From: Phoronis australis
Taxonomy: Eukaryota; Animalia; Phoronida
Assembly (NCBI GenBank): GCA_002633005.1
Contig: NMRA01000141.1
Coordinates: 1-64,000, forward strand
DNA: 64,000 bases
Reading direction: 5' to 3'
In this document: positions 39,899 to 50,781 of the stretch, in pieces
How positions within the stretch are numbered: position 1 is the first letter of the stretch
Layout of the letters: the number at the start of each line of letters is the position of its first letter
Notes under the pieces: generated by a model
What the model was told of the DNA's origin: nothing
Databases searched by the model: none
Seen by the model: the letters and a program-made list of their open reading frames with translations, nothing else
Translations under genes and position numbers: made by a program

Positions 39899-41600
39899 TT
39901 AATCCCGTATGGCAAACGCAGAACTTCGTACAGACCCTTGACGGTAGTTATTGTGAGGTACTTACGAGACCTTTCATCAACCGAAGCTTGAGCGTAAACT
40001 TGGGACAAGTTGAGTTTTTTGAACTTGTTCGCACCGGATAGTTTAGCAAAAATGTCCTCAGCTGTTGGCAATGTGTATTAGGCTGATCTACCATCTCTGA
40101 ATTTATCGACATCTTGTAGTCACCGCATAAACGTATTTGACCGTTCGCTTTTGGCATGACGACCACGGGAGAGGCAAATTCACTACTGTCAATTTCCCAG
40201 ATAATTTTACACTGTTCCAGCCGATCAAGCTCCGCTTTTACTTTGGCGACTAAGCATAAGGCTGCGGCCTGGACTCAAAGAACTTTGGATTCTCATTTTG
40301 CAACTCTGTTTGGGCCTTAAAGGTATTGATTTCACTGATACTATCATCAAATACCGAACCATGACCATCAAGAACACCCTTCAGGTCATTATCACCAATA
40401 TTTTAACCTTATTGACTGAAGCCAATCTCTGCTCAAAAGTGCCGTTTTTCTTCCAACTGCCACGATAACTGAGAGATTATACGACTGACTTTCGTTTTAG
40501 ACTGCCACTGGTATTTTAGCCAGAAGTGGTACTACACATCTGAAATACGAAAACAGTTTAGCCTGGTCATCGCACAGCGGGATATCCGCGAAACATTTCT
40601 CATACACATCCTGTCCAATAATGGAATACTTTGAACAAGTGTCGAGAGCGAATTCTATCTACTCGCCATTTACCGACCGACTGATTTTGATCTCCCCCTT
40701 TTTTGAATCGACTTCAACATGGTTTGTACAAGAATTTTGGTTTTGCAAGCTTTCGCAATATGACCTATTCTTGAACATTTGAGACACTTTGTTTCCAAAA
40801 ATGGATAAGGCCTTTCCTGGTCTCCATCACAACGATAACACTGGTATTTCTTTTTATGGGGTTTGAGCAGTGGTTTTTGTTTTGACACTGCTGGCTTTTT
40901 GCCATGCCTGATCCTACTTTAACGGGCACTGAATCTGAACTCGTCATTTTTTACTACTTTCAGACGCAGCTTCCATGCACATAGCAATCTCAACCGCTTT
41001 ATCCCAAGTCAGGGATGACCCCTCACCTACTAACTTAATTTGTATCTAGCTATCACCAAGACCAGCCACCAGTCTGTTAGGCATACGTTTAATTTGCTCG
41101 GAACTCTCGAAGTTACACTTAACACTTAGCTTTTTGAGCGTTACAATGAAATCAGCAACTGACTCCCCCAAGTTTTGGGAACTAGTGTCAAATGTGTAAG
41201 AAGCAGCCAACTCATTGGTACCTATGTGATGATAGTCATACATTTGTTGGCAAAGTTCATCGTACGTTTTATCCTCGATGTTGTCCGGAGTACACAAGGC
41301 AATCAACAGTTTGACCGCTTCTGGCCCTATCACGGACAACATAGCGTCAACTCTGTCCTTGTCCTTCACCTTGTTTGTTCTGATCCATGAGTCCAGCCGA
41401 CGTTTATAATTTTCCCAGCGTTCTTTTGAACACTTGAAAGCAACTATGGAACTGCTACTAACTTTTGCCATAGCGGATGACTTGGATTTAGGTTCGCTTT
41501 GATTTCACTTTTGAAAAATCACATCGCCATTTGTTGTGTGGTCCCAGAATAGATCTATTACTAAACTAATACAACATGTTTGGTGCTGGCACACACAACA
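39899..41600 (-). mobile_element. Decayed Gypsy LTR retrotransposon (5' half: LTR remnant, PBS, gag, protease, RT N-terminus)
   Basis: gag 41046-41471 (WENYKRRL..W...Q..GESVADFIVTLKKL...CNF); knuckles CYRC and CLKCSRIGHIAKAC; protease ALDTCSKYSII; RT SPVVVMPKANGQIRLCGDYK...LRLPYGI; PBS-like tggcga next to a ...caaca LTR end. Confidence 0.9.
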
Positions 41601-41965
41601 GATTTCTATAAAGATGACAACAGATGATGATGAGTTTCAGAGCAATCGGACTATAGCTGTGCCCCATAGTGTCAATTGTTTTTTCATTTGCCTCTATGTC
41701 TTGGGTGTTCCTTGGCTTATTTTCATGAAATTGGCAAATAGTTGGGTATTACTGAGACAGCCCCACCTTCTCAATTGTTTATGGTTTAACGCATTCTGCA
41801 CCATCTAGTGGCCATTTTTATGATCCCTGAAATCACCCATAGAAGCAAGCACATTGTTTGCTGTGCTGTCGTGAGCGCATTTCAAATCTCTACAATTTGA
41901 AGTGATTAGTGAGTGGTACACTTAAAATAATGTTTGAAATTACATCTTACTTTGCCTTGTTCCAG

Positions 41966-42567
41966 ATTCCCTCAACAGATGTCATTCCAGTATGAGCTCC
42001 TTTCCAAGTGACCTCTCTGAAGATGACCGGAACTTAGAACAAAGTACTGAAACAGATGTGTTTTCCCAGTCTGAAGAATCTGGCGTATTCAGCATTGATT
42101 CCTTTGACAACGATTCTCTTGGAAAACGAGACTCCCTGCAGAGACCCTTTACTTGCAGCCATGATTCTGTAAAAGATGGAAACAATTGTGAGCCAAATGC
42201 GTGCATTGCTGATAATAGCTGTAAATTGGTCCTTTGCGATTCTGATGATGATGCAAGCATGAATCACAAAATGCTAAAACTGTCAGTTACTGAGGCTGTG
42301 TATGTTAACACTGGCTGCAACACTTCTCAAGAAACATTAGTTGATGGTAGTTGTCATGGAGATGGATTTATTAACTATGAACAGGTAACTCCAAGTAGCA
42401 GCACTGATTGCTTTAAAGGTAAGAATGGATGGTCGTCAGAGGATGAAAATTCCTTCTCGACTGGGAATTCATCTGATTGTGAGGATGGCGATGACGAGGA
42501 TGATGATATTTTTAATGAATTTCAGAAGAGAGAAAACCCTGCTGGTGCCTGTGGTCAAGTTTCATGA
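41966..42567 (+). CDS. Candidate terminal exon encoding an acidic Ser/Asp-rich low-complexity protein
   Basis: Polypyrimidine acceptor ctttgccttgttccag (phase 1); ~200 open codons to TGA; AT-rich downstream region with AATAAA near 42983. Confidence 0.55.
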
Positions 42568-43616
42568 GCATCGAGCAAAAAATTCTCCGTTTTAGTTGTG
42601 ATCACATCAGAGTTCAGTTCTAATTACTTTCAGGCAATTATAATATGTTGTGCAACTGAACCACTTGAATTGTTAGTACTTATGGAAGATGCTTGTGTGT
42701 TCAAACTGTTTCACAAAATAATCCAGATTGAACGTTGGATATTGATGTTCTATTTCACTAGTTGTTTTATTACATGCTACTGTCTTTGGAATTCTGATAT
42801 TCATTGATTGTATACTGGGTAAATTTTGTTTATTTCGATCCGCTTTTATTACTTTATGTAATTAGTACATACATGATGTTTCAACCATTATTAGGCCTCA
42901 TTGTGAAGATGTGTAGGATCTATGTTTGCTTTTAAGTAATTCCAAGGTTTAACACTGACTTTGGTTGACCTGGTGGAAAATGAATAAAAATGTGATGTTT
43001 CAGTACACACTGGACTGTCTCAAAGTCTAGGGTGAAAAACAATGACTAGGCTTACAGTGGAGTTTATTGTTGAAAAAACACAAGTCACCATGACGTTTCT
43101 TCTACAAATTAGACTGTTAGTTGAACAGTACACCACTTTGTGCTTGGTGCTCATAGGGTAATTTACCTGACGTTAGATAACCGGGAACTTCAGATTAACT
43201 GACTTTAGAGTGCATATGCAGTATAGACACTTACACCTTGAGAGCTCTTGGTATAGGTAGTGTTCTCATTCCAGATTTTCTCTTCTTTTCAGAAATAACA
43301 ATACATATATTTTAATTAGATTATCCTTAGTGTTTTGCAGTACTTAATTTGCCGGACAGTCTATTTTAACATCCATGTATTTGTCTTAATGTTAACCACT
43401 AATAAATCTTAGTTTGTTGAAGGGTCTTCCTTGCAGTGCAATTTTGTGTGCATTTCAGGCAGTGTTATGGCATCTAGTCATTTTTCATATTTTAAAGTCA
43501 TTTATTGTTTTATTTCCATAGTAATTGTAGAAAAATACATTTTGGACAATTTCCCTGTCTTGCAAAACATTTATCAGGGAACACTCATAATTAAGATTAT
43601 ATTCATCCGCTTTACC

Positions 43617-45410
43617 CAGTGACAGATCTACGGGGGGGGGGGGTTCAGGGGGTTTAAACCCCCCCCCTCGGGCCAGGACCCAAAAATTAAAAAAAATACA
43701 AAAAACGAAAGCGTCTCCAGCAAAACAAAAACGGCACAGCCAGCGTGTGTAAGCCCCAAGTAAACCAACTTGGAAAAATTGAGAGGGGGGGTTCACTCTG
43801 AAAATATAGTTTTTTGCATTGTGTATTGCTGAGTCTTTGTGGTTCATCGGCAAAACGCGCGGGGATTTATTGTGCGCGCGCTTCCGTCGACACTTCTGAA
43901 GTAGCCAAGCATTTTAGATGGATTCACCGCTGAAAGAGCAGTTCTATAGCTGATTTCTTTAGGTAACTAGCTTCTTTACTCTAAGATATGTTTTGATTTC
44001 ATTAGGGGAAATACTGCGGTGCCGCAACCCTGATATTCAGGCGAATTGACGTGCAACGTTTTTATCTCATCTGTTATGCCGTGCCATCCTATTACACCCC
44101 ACACGTTTGTAACTGATGTATAGTAAAGTTGTCTTGCGCAGTATCATACAGTGTACATGTACATGCAATATTGTGTACATGTACATGTAATATTTTTGAA
44201 AAAAAATCTTTTTCCGAGGAATTGCTATTGTGGCGGGCGCCGTGGGCTGGTCGCGAGTCCGTTTGAAGACACACTCTATAACAAGTTATGTCTATACAAG
44301 GAATAACCAAGGGAGCACTCACATTGAGAAAGTGACCGCATTCGCGAAAAGTGTACAGTACCAGAAATTGCGGGGAGGCTGTTCTTTCACAACAAAGTCT
44401 TGCGGGACTCGTGCGATGTTCAATAGGNNNNNNNNNNNNNNNNNNNNNNNNNNNNNNNNNNNNNNNNNNNNNNNNNNNNNNNNNNNNNNNNNNNNNNNNN
44501 NNNNNNNNNNNNNNNNNNNNNNNNNNNNNNNNNNNNNNNNNNNNNNNNNNNNNNNNNNNNNNNNNNNNNNNNNNNNNNNNNNNNNNNNNNNNNNNNNNNN
44601 NNNNNNNNNNNNNNNNNNNNNNNNNNNNNNNNNNNNNNNNNNNNNNNNNNNNNNNNNNNNNNNNNNNNNNNNNNNNNNNNNNNNNNNNNNNNNNNNNNNN
44701 NNNNNNNNNNNNNNNNNNNNNNNNNNNNNNNNNNNNNNNNNNNNNNNNNNNNNNNNNNNNNNNNNNNNNNNNNNNNNNNNNNNNNNNNNNNNNNNNNNNN
44801 NNNNNNNNNNNNNNNNNNNNNNNNNNNAGTTGAGAGCATCATCGTTCGCCAGTTTTTCTCGTAACGAGACAGAACACATGTTTATTTCCGGACTAACAGT
44901 ACAGGTCTTCGTTCTTAAACAACTTGAGGCTGCTGTTACGTGATCATCTGATATTCAAGTTTTTACGCCCCGTCGGTGCTTCTTAATTATGCTCTTGAAT
45001 ATTTGGAAATTGTCTTAACCCCTATATACACACCACACTTTTTCGTATACGACTTTTCGTATGCAAAAAAGGCGTGTTTAAGCAGATGTTCCAACAAAAA
45101 TTTTTGCTGGTGGTGTGACTCATACCCAGATGTGCACAATATGGTTTCACGAAACTTATGTGCCAAGTTCATGTGACGAAATCGAGAAGGGTTTTTAATT
45201 ATCTTAAGAAAAACTCCAGAGACATGTTAAGTGCCAGAAACTTACCAGGATGCATGGACATTTCATTATTTGGCTACAAAAACAAAAAATATCTTACACG
45301 GGAGGGGAAACCCCCCTCCCGACCTCCCCCCGCTCGGCGCCACGCGCCTAGGATTTGACCTTGGCGGGAATCCTAAACCCCCCCTTGCTGAAAACATAGA
45401 TCCGCCTCTG
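43617..45410. mobile_element. Non-autonomous hAT5-like element with 5-bp TSD
   Basis: ttacc|CAGTGACAGATCTA ... TAGATCCGCCTCTG|ttacc; G/C-run subterminal regions. Spans an assembly gap. Confidence 0.75.
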
Positions 45411-45828
45411 TTACCTTTGATTTCATGTTTGGGAGTGGTCTTATTATTATGATGGGGGTATATAATAAAAGTGAAAAAGCTGCTTCAGTTTTACCCCATT
45501 ATCTTCTCAAAAGCCACTACAGAAATCGGTTGGACAGGCATCCTTGCAACCACCTTTGTTTTGTTATGTGTAATCGGTATTCACTTTTATTCCCTAACCA
45601 ACTGTTTTTTTAGTTACAGATTTTTGGTCATGGTGCTGGACGCTCTACTGGGCCGGTTTTTGCATTGTGCGGCTAAGCGTCATAAAATTGACTGCCTTAT
45701 CTGTGTGCCGCCATAAACGATTGTATCCGCAACACTGTTTACTCCATGGCATGCCCCAAATTTTGTGGTTTTTGTTGACCTTTTATTACTCCCCTTGATA
45801 TTTTGCCCTGTCCTTGGGTTTGTGTGTG

Positions 45829-46010
45829 TGTTGCGAGGGACATCGTGGAATAAAAAAATACGTGTGTACAGGATCACTAACTATATTCGATTGACTAAAA
45901 CACGTGGTTATAGTACATGTGGCTACAGTGAGCATGCGCAATTAAGACTTACAAAAGTTCTACATGATTACTAACATATGATGCCTGCTATGTAGATTAT
46001 ATACTCAACA
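45829..46010 (-). repeat. Copia 3' LTR (182 bp)
   Basis: Matches 49980-50125 with 6 mismatches over 146 bp; adjacent to the PPT. Confidence 0.95.
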
Positions 46011-46087
46011 CCCCCCCCCCCTTAATCGGGAGCAGGCCCACACACAAAAAAGCCCAGGGGTTGCAACGCACAATGAACAAAAACTTA

Positions 46088-49000
46088 TCACAAAAGTCCC
46101 AGGTTCGTTACACCCTGTAAATGAGCAGTCTTTCCCAGTCCCTTAGTAAGAATGTCCGCATGGTTGTCACCAGATGGAGTATACTCGAACAGAATGTTTT
46201 CTTGTTCTCTCACGAAGTGATAAACGGACATCAATGTGCTTGGTCCTTTGATGTTGCTTAGCGGATTCCTTTGTAAGTGCAATCGCGCCCTGGTTATCGG
46301 AATAGATCACTGACATTTCCGGTAGCGGGAGTCCCAAGTCATTTGTCAGTGACCGGAGATATAACATCTCCTTTGTGGCCTCGGTTAGCCATGTACTCAG
46401 CCTCGCATGAGGAGAGTGCTACTGTCGGTTGTTTCCGGCTCTTCCACGAAACTGGCGCAGATCCAGCCTCCCGTTCAGTAACGCTAGGACCTCGCTAAAA
46501 AGCAAGACTTCGGGAGATTACGTGAGATATTGCAATGTATTTTAAATGAGAACACGTGACTTTGACTAGGTTTTAGCTAGGTCCTAGCGTAGGTCCTAGC
46601 GTCTACTGAACGCACACCAGGTACACCGAACACGTACCCGGAAGTTGACTTCCGGTCACTCGCGTCGCCTGCTCAGTCGGAATCGGTGTAACCGGTGATC
46701 GGAGAATTCGATGGTCTAAACGTTAGTCCGTATGATTTTGTCCCTTGTAGATAACGCAATACACGTTTCAATGCCACTATGTGTGTATGTCCGGGTTTGT
46801 CCAGAAATTGTGACAACATCGATAATGCCCAGCTGATGTCTGGTCTGGTCGCACAACGAGGCTCCCCACGGCCTGTCTGTAAGGGTATCCGTGGTCCTCG
46901 GTATCTCCAGTTACTGGTGTCAGTTTCACTGCGGGGTCAATCGGTGGGTTTGCATTCGGTCATGCCGAAACGGTCACGTACTGCTCTGACGTAACGTTCC
47001 TGATTTGCAGTGTAGCAGCCGTCTGGGGCGCGTTTGAAGTCGATGCCCAGGAACCATTTGAGTTCGCCGCGGTCATCCATCCTGAATCTTTCACAGAGCT
47101 GTGATTTAATGTCCGTTATTTCCGATTCACAGCTGCTTGCGACCACGATATCATCCACCCAAAATATTAGGGTCGCTGTGTCACGACTGAACATGCAGGG
47201 GTCATTTTTACTCTGTGTGAAACCCAACTCCTGTAGGAAACTTGTTAATGTTCCATACCACAATCGGCCAGACTGTTTAAGGCCGTAAAGTGATTTATTC
47301 AGTCTCCATGTCAGTCGCCTGCCGTCTGTTGATGATTGGTCGTAACCGGATGGCTGTGCTACAAATATCTCCTTGTCAATGGGGGCGTTCAGGTATGCAC
47401 CCTTGACATCCATTTGGTGTATCATCATTTTCTCGTTCGCTGCTTTCTGAAGAAGCATTCGCAATGACATAAATCTTGACGTTGGCGAAAACGTTTCATC
47501 ATAGTCTACTCCGGGTATCTGTGAAAATCCTTTCGCCACGTACCTAGCTTTGTGCTGGACGTCATCTTCAGGGTTCTTGCCCTGTTTAATCGTATAAACC
47601 CATTTGCCTTTGGTCTCGGCGCGATCCTCGGGCAGGGGAACAATTTCGTACGTGTTTTAGTGACTCGATCTCTCTATCCATAGCTTGTTTCCATTTAACA
47701 GCATCGGGTGCGTTAATTGCTTCGTCGTATGTGGTTGGAATGTTCATCACCGCGTACACGTAATCGATACTCGTATACACGTGGTAATCGCTCAAGTACG
47801 CCGGAGGGCGTGTTTCGCGCTTCGGTCTGGTCTCCACAGGCGTTTCTGGCGGTTGCGAGTTATCATTCGATGGTTCAACTTTGACCTCGGTGTTCTTGGG
47901 TTTCTGCAACACGTGCTCGCTATCTCTACCATCAAAAGTGTACTCCGTCGGCATTCTAATGTTGCGTGATGTAAGTACACGCCCACTCTCAGAGTCCAGA
48001 ACATAGTGCGCATTGCTCAGCGGGTTAATTCCAAGATATGTCCCAAGTTTCCAGCGATTATCCAGCTTACTCTTGGAACGTTCGTTCAAAATAACACAGG
48101 TCGATCCAAAATGATGCATTTGTCTCATGTCCGGTTTCTTGTCGCAGAATAGTTCATAGGCTGTTTTTCCGGTGCGGCGTTGGAAGCTTCTATTCCGCAG
48201 ATACTGAGCGTATTTCACCGCATATGGCCAATACATATTGTCGACAGGTGCCTCTACGAGCAGGCATCTCACCATTTCCATAATCGAACGCCACGAGAGT
48301 TCACTTTTCCCGTTCTGGAAACTGCTGTAGGGAGCGGTTGTAGAATGTTTGATGCCATTGTTGCGTAGTACGGAGCGAAAAGATTCGCCCACATATTCGC
48401 CACCGTTGTCACTATGTATTTCCAGAATTTTGCCGCACGGCGCTGTGTCCGAGATGAAGCTTTTCAGGGCGATGTGAGCTTCGTCTTTCGATCTCAGGAA
48501 GTACACAAACAATACACTCGAATATTCATCCACAAAATTGATAATGTACTTATATCCTTCCCGCGAGTTCGGGGTAATGGGGCCGCACACATCGGTGTGT
48601 ACCCTCTCGAGCGGTCGTTTCGCATGTGTCACGGGTATGTCCCTGTTGATCGGCTGTTTCGTAATCTTGTTCAAGTCGCACCTCGTGCAGCTTCGCCTTT
48701 GCCGCTTCACTATGGTCATTCCATCACAAACCTTCTCGAGATTTAATATGTCGTCATAGTTCATGTGTCCCAAGACGTGATGCCATTCTTCTAACGAACG
48801 CGTTACATACGTTTGCGTGATATCCGTTTGCGTTGGTAGGTAATACAGTTTTCCGCGTCGAGCTATATTGAACGTCGTACCTCCCTGGGTTAACGTGGCT
48901 TTCCCTTTAGCAAACGTAAGAGTGCCACCATGATCAGTCGCGGCACTAACACAAAATAAACACATAGGGAAAACAGGAGCCAGCAATGCGTTGTGTAATG

Positions 49001-49980
49001 TGACATTTCGCGGTATGCCTTGAGCATCTGAGATAGTTAATTTAGCATTTCCTCTCGCAGTAGCCAGCTGATTACAGCGGCGGCCGTCTGCTAACTCGAT
49101 GAAATGTTCCTGCGGTTTAAACGTGTTATCGTAAGACACAAATAATCCAGGGTCGTTAATGATGTGGGTTGATGCGCCACCATCAACAAGCAATTTACCA
49201 GTGTGAGTTTGTTTCTCCACTGAATTGTACGCGCGTGTGACGAAACCGAAGTCCGAATTGTCTCCAGTCTCTCCGTGGTCTGTGCCCGAGGCCATGCGTG
49301 CTGAAGTGTTCGGTTTTCTCGAACGCGACAGGCGTTTCTTGGCAAAGCATTCGCTCTCAGTGTGACTGCCAGATTTTTTTACAAAAGTTGCAGTGTAATT
49401 CTGACTTACCCCAACAGTCTTTCGTTTCGTGTCCCAATTTTCCGCACGCTACGCACTTTGGTTTTCTCGGTTTTCCACGGGCGGTCATTGCACAAGACTG
49501 GCTCTGTGCTGTCGGTTGTCGAGCAGCTTCCGTACTGGCGTAATTGCTCAGTGCCGTTTTGAATTCGCTCAGACTCTTGCACTTATCCATTTGTGTATGC
49601 ACAACGATGAATGATTTGTAGGACTCAGGCAGGCCTTTTAACAACATAGCGATTACTAAATTGTCCGTGATGTTTTTGCCAGCGGTTCTCAATCCGGCAC
49701 ACGCTCGCTCTGCCCTGATAATATAATCAGTCACATCCTCTCCATCGTTCAAAGGTATGGTTGTCAGTTCTTCGTAGAGTGTTAGGACGCGGGGGTTTTC
49801 CGTGTTATCGTAATAGTTTCTCAGTATCCCGTACGCTTTCTTGCCGTCACCATCAGCGTCTGTCATAATAAGCTGCAGGCTTCTCTCGTCGAGTACCTGT
49901 ACAAGTTCCGCATACGCTCGGTGATTGCAGTTGATCAGATCGCTGCCAGTTGGCGCCTCCGGGGTCGCCATGAGAGTGTT
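46088..49980 (-). pseudogene. Copia gag-pol, frameshifted
   Basis: CVACGKLGHETKDC; LLVDGGASTHI; WHHVLGH..C..C; HTDVCGP, SDNGGEY; GVDYDETFSP, MDVKGAYL, KSLYGLKQS, FWVDD; SDNQGAI, RTKHIDVR, ADILTKGL. Confidence 0.95.
46467..46616. mobile_element. 150-bp MITE inserted in Copia RNase H (possibly PIF/Harbinger type)
   Basis: Inverted repeats cgttcagta-acgctaggacct / aggtcctagcgtctactgaacg; (C)CAG duplicated on both sides. Removing it restores the reading GYVFGVPGSAPVSW. Confidence 0.85.
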
Positions 49981-50125
49981 GTACAGAATCATTAACTATA
50001 TTCGATTGACTAAAACACGTGGTTATAGTACATGTGGCTACAGTGAGCATGCGCAATTAAGACTTACATAAGTTCAACATGATTACTAACATATGGTGCC
50101 TGCTAGGTAGATTATATACTCAACA
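49980..50125 (-). repeat. Copia 5' LTR, truncated at its 3' end
   Basis: Lacks the last 36 bp of the LTR and the PBS; fused to gag at TGTACA. Confidence 0.9.
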
Positions 50126-50214
50126 GTGTGCAGAAATTTGCTGGCGTATGTGACAGATGATGGCAGAGTAGTTAGATTATATCAAAGCCATGATCTTTGT
50201 GAACAGGAAAGTCT

Positions 50215-50776
50215 GGCTCCCTCCAACTCGCCTCCACTAGACGCCACTCCTCTCCACTCCCTGCCACCCCCCTCCACTCGCCTGAACTCTCCTCCACGCT
50301 TCTGCTCGCCTATACTCCCCTCTAGTCGCCTCTGCTCGTCTACTCGCCGCTACTCGTGTCTACTTGCCTCTACTCTCCTCTAGTCATATAGGCCCATCTA
50401 GTCGCCTCTAGTCGCTTCAAGTCGCCTCTACTCCACTGTACTCTCCGCTACTCCCCTCTACTATTCTCTACTTGCCTCTACTCCCCTTTTCTAGCTTCCA
50501 CTCGCCTCCACTCTCTTCCACTAATGTCACCCACTCGCCTCCACTCGCGTCTACCTGCCTCTACTCACCTCCACCTGCATCCACGCGCCTTCACTCGCCT
50601 CCACTCACCTCTACTCCCCTCTGCTCGCCCATAACATGTCTACTCGTCTCTAGTCATCTCTATGCCCATTTAGTCGCCTCTAGTCGCTTGTAATCGCCTC
50701 TAATCACGTCTAGTCGCCTTTACTCGCCACTACTCGCCTCCTGTACTCCTCTCTAGTTCCCTCTACTCCCCTCTAT
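50215..50776. repeat. CT-rich degenerate ~10-bp minisatellite
   Basis: Repeated ctccactcgc / ctctactcgc / tctagtcgcc units. Confidence 0.9.
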
Positions 50777-50781
50777 ATATG

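Larger units (their letters stand above)
45829..50125 (-). mobile_element. Copia LTR retrotransposon, near full length, defective
   Basis: TGTTG...CAACA termini; perfect TSD GTGTG (45824-28 / 50126-30); PPT (G)11 next to the 3' LTR; domain order gag-PR-IN-RT-RH. Confidence 0.97.

Noticed and set aside
50126-50693. Pro/Ser-rich ORFs
   Set aside because: They are translations of the CT-rich minisatellite.
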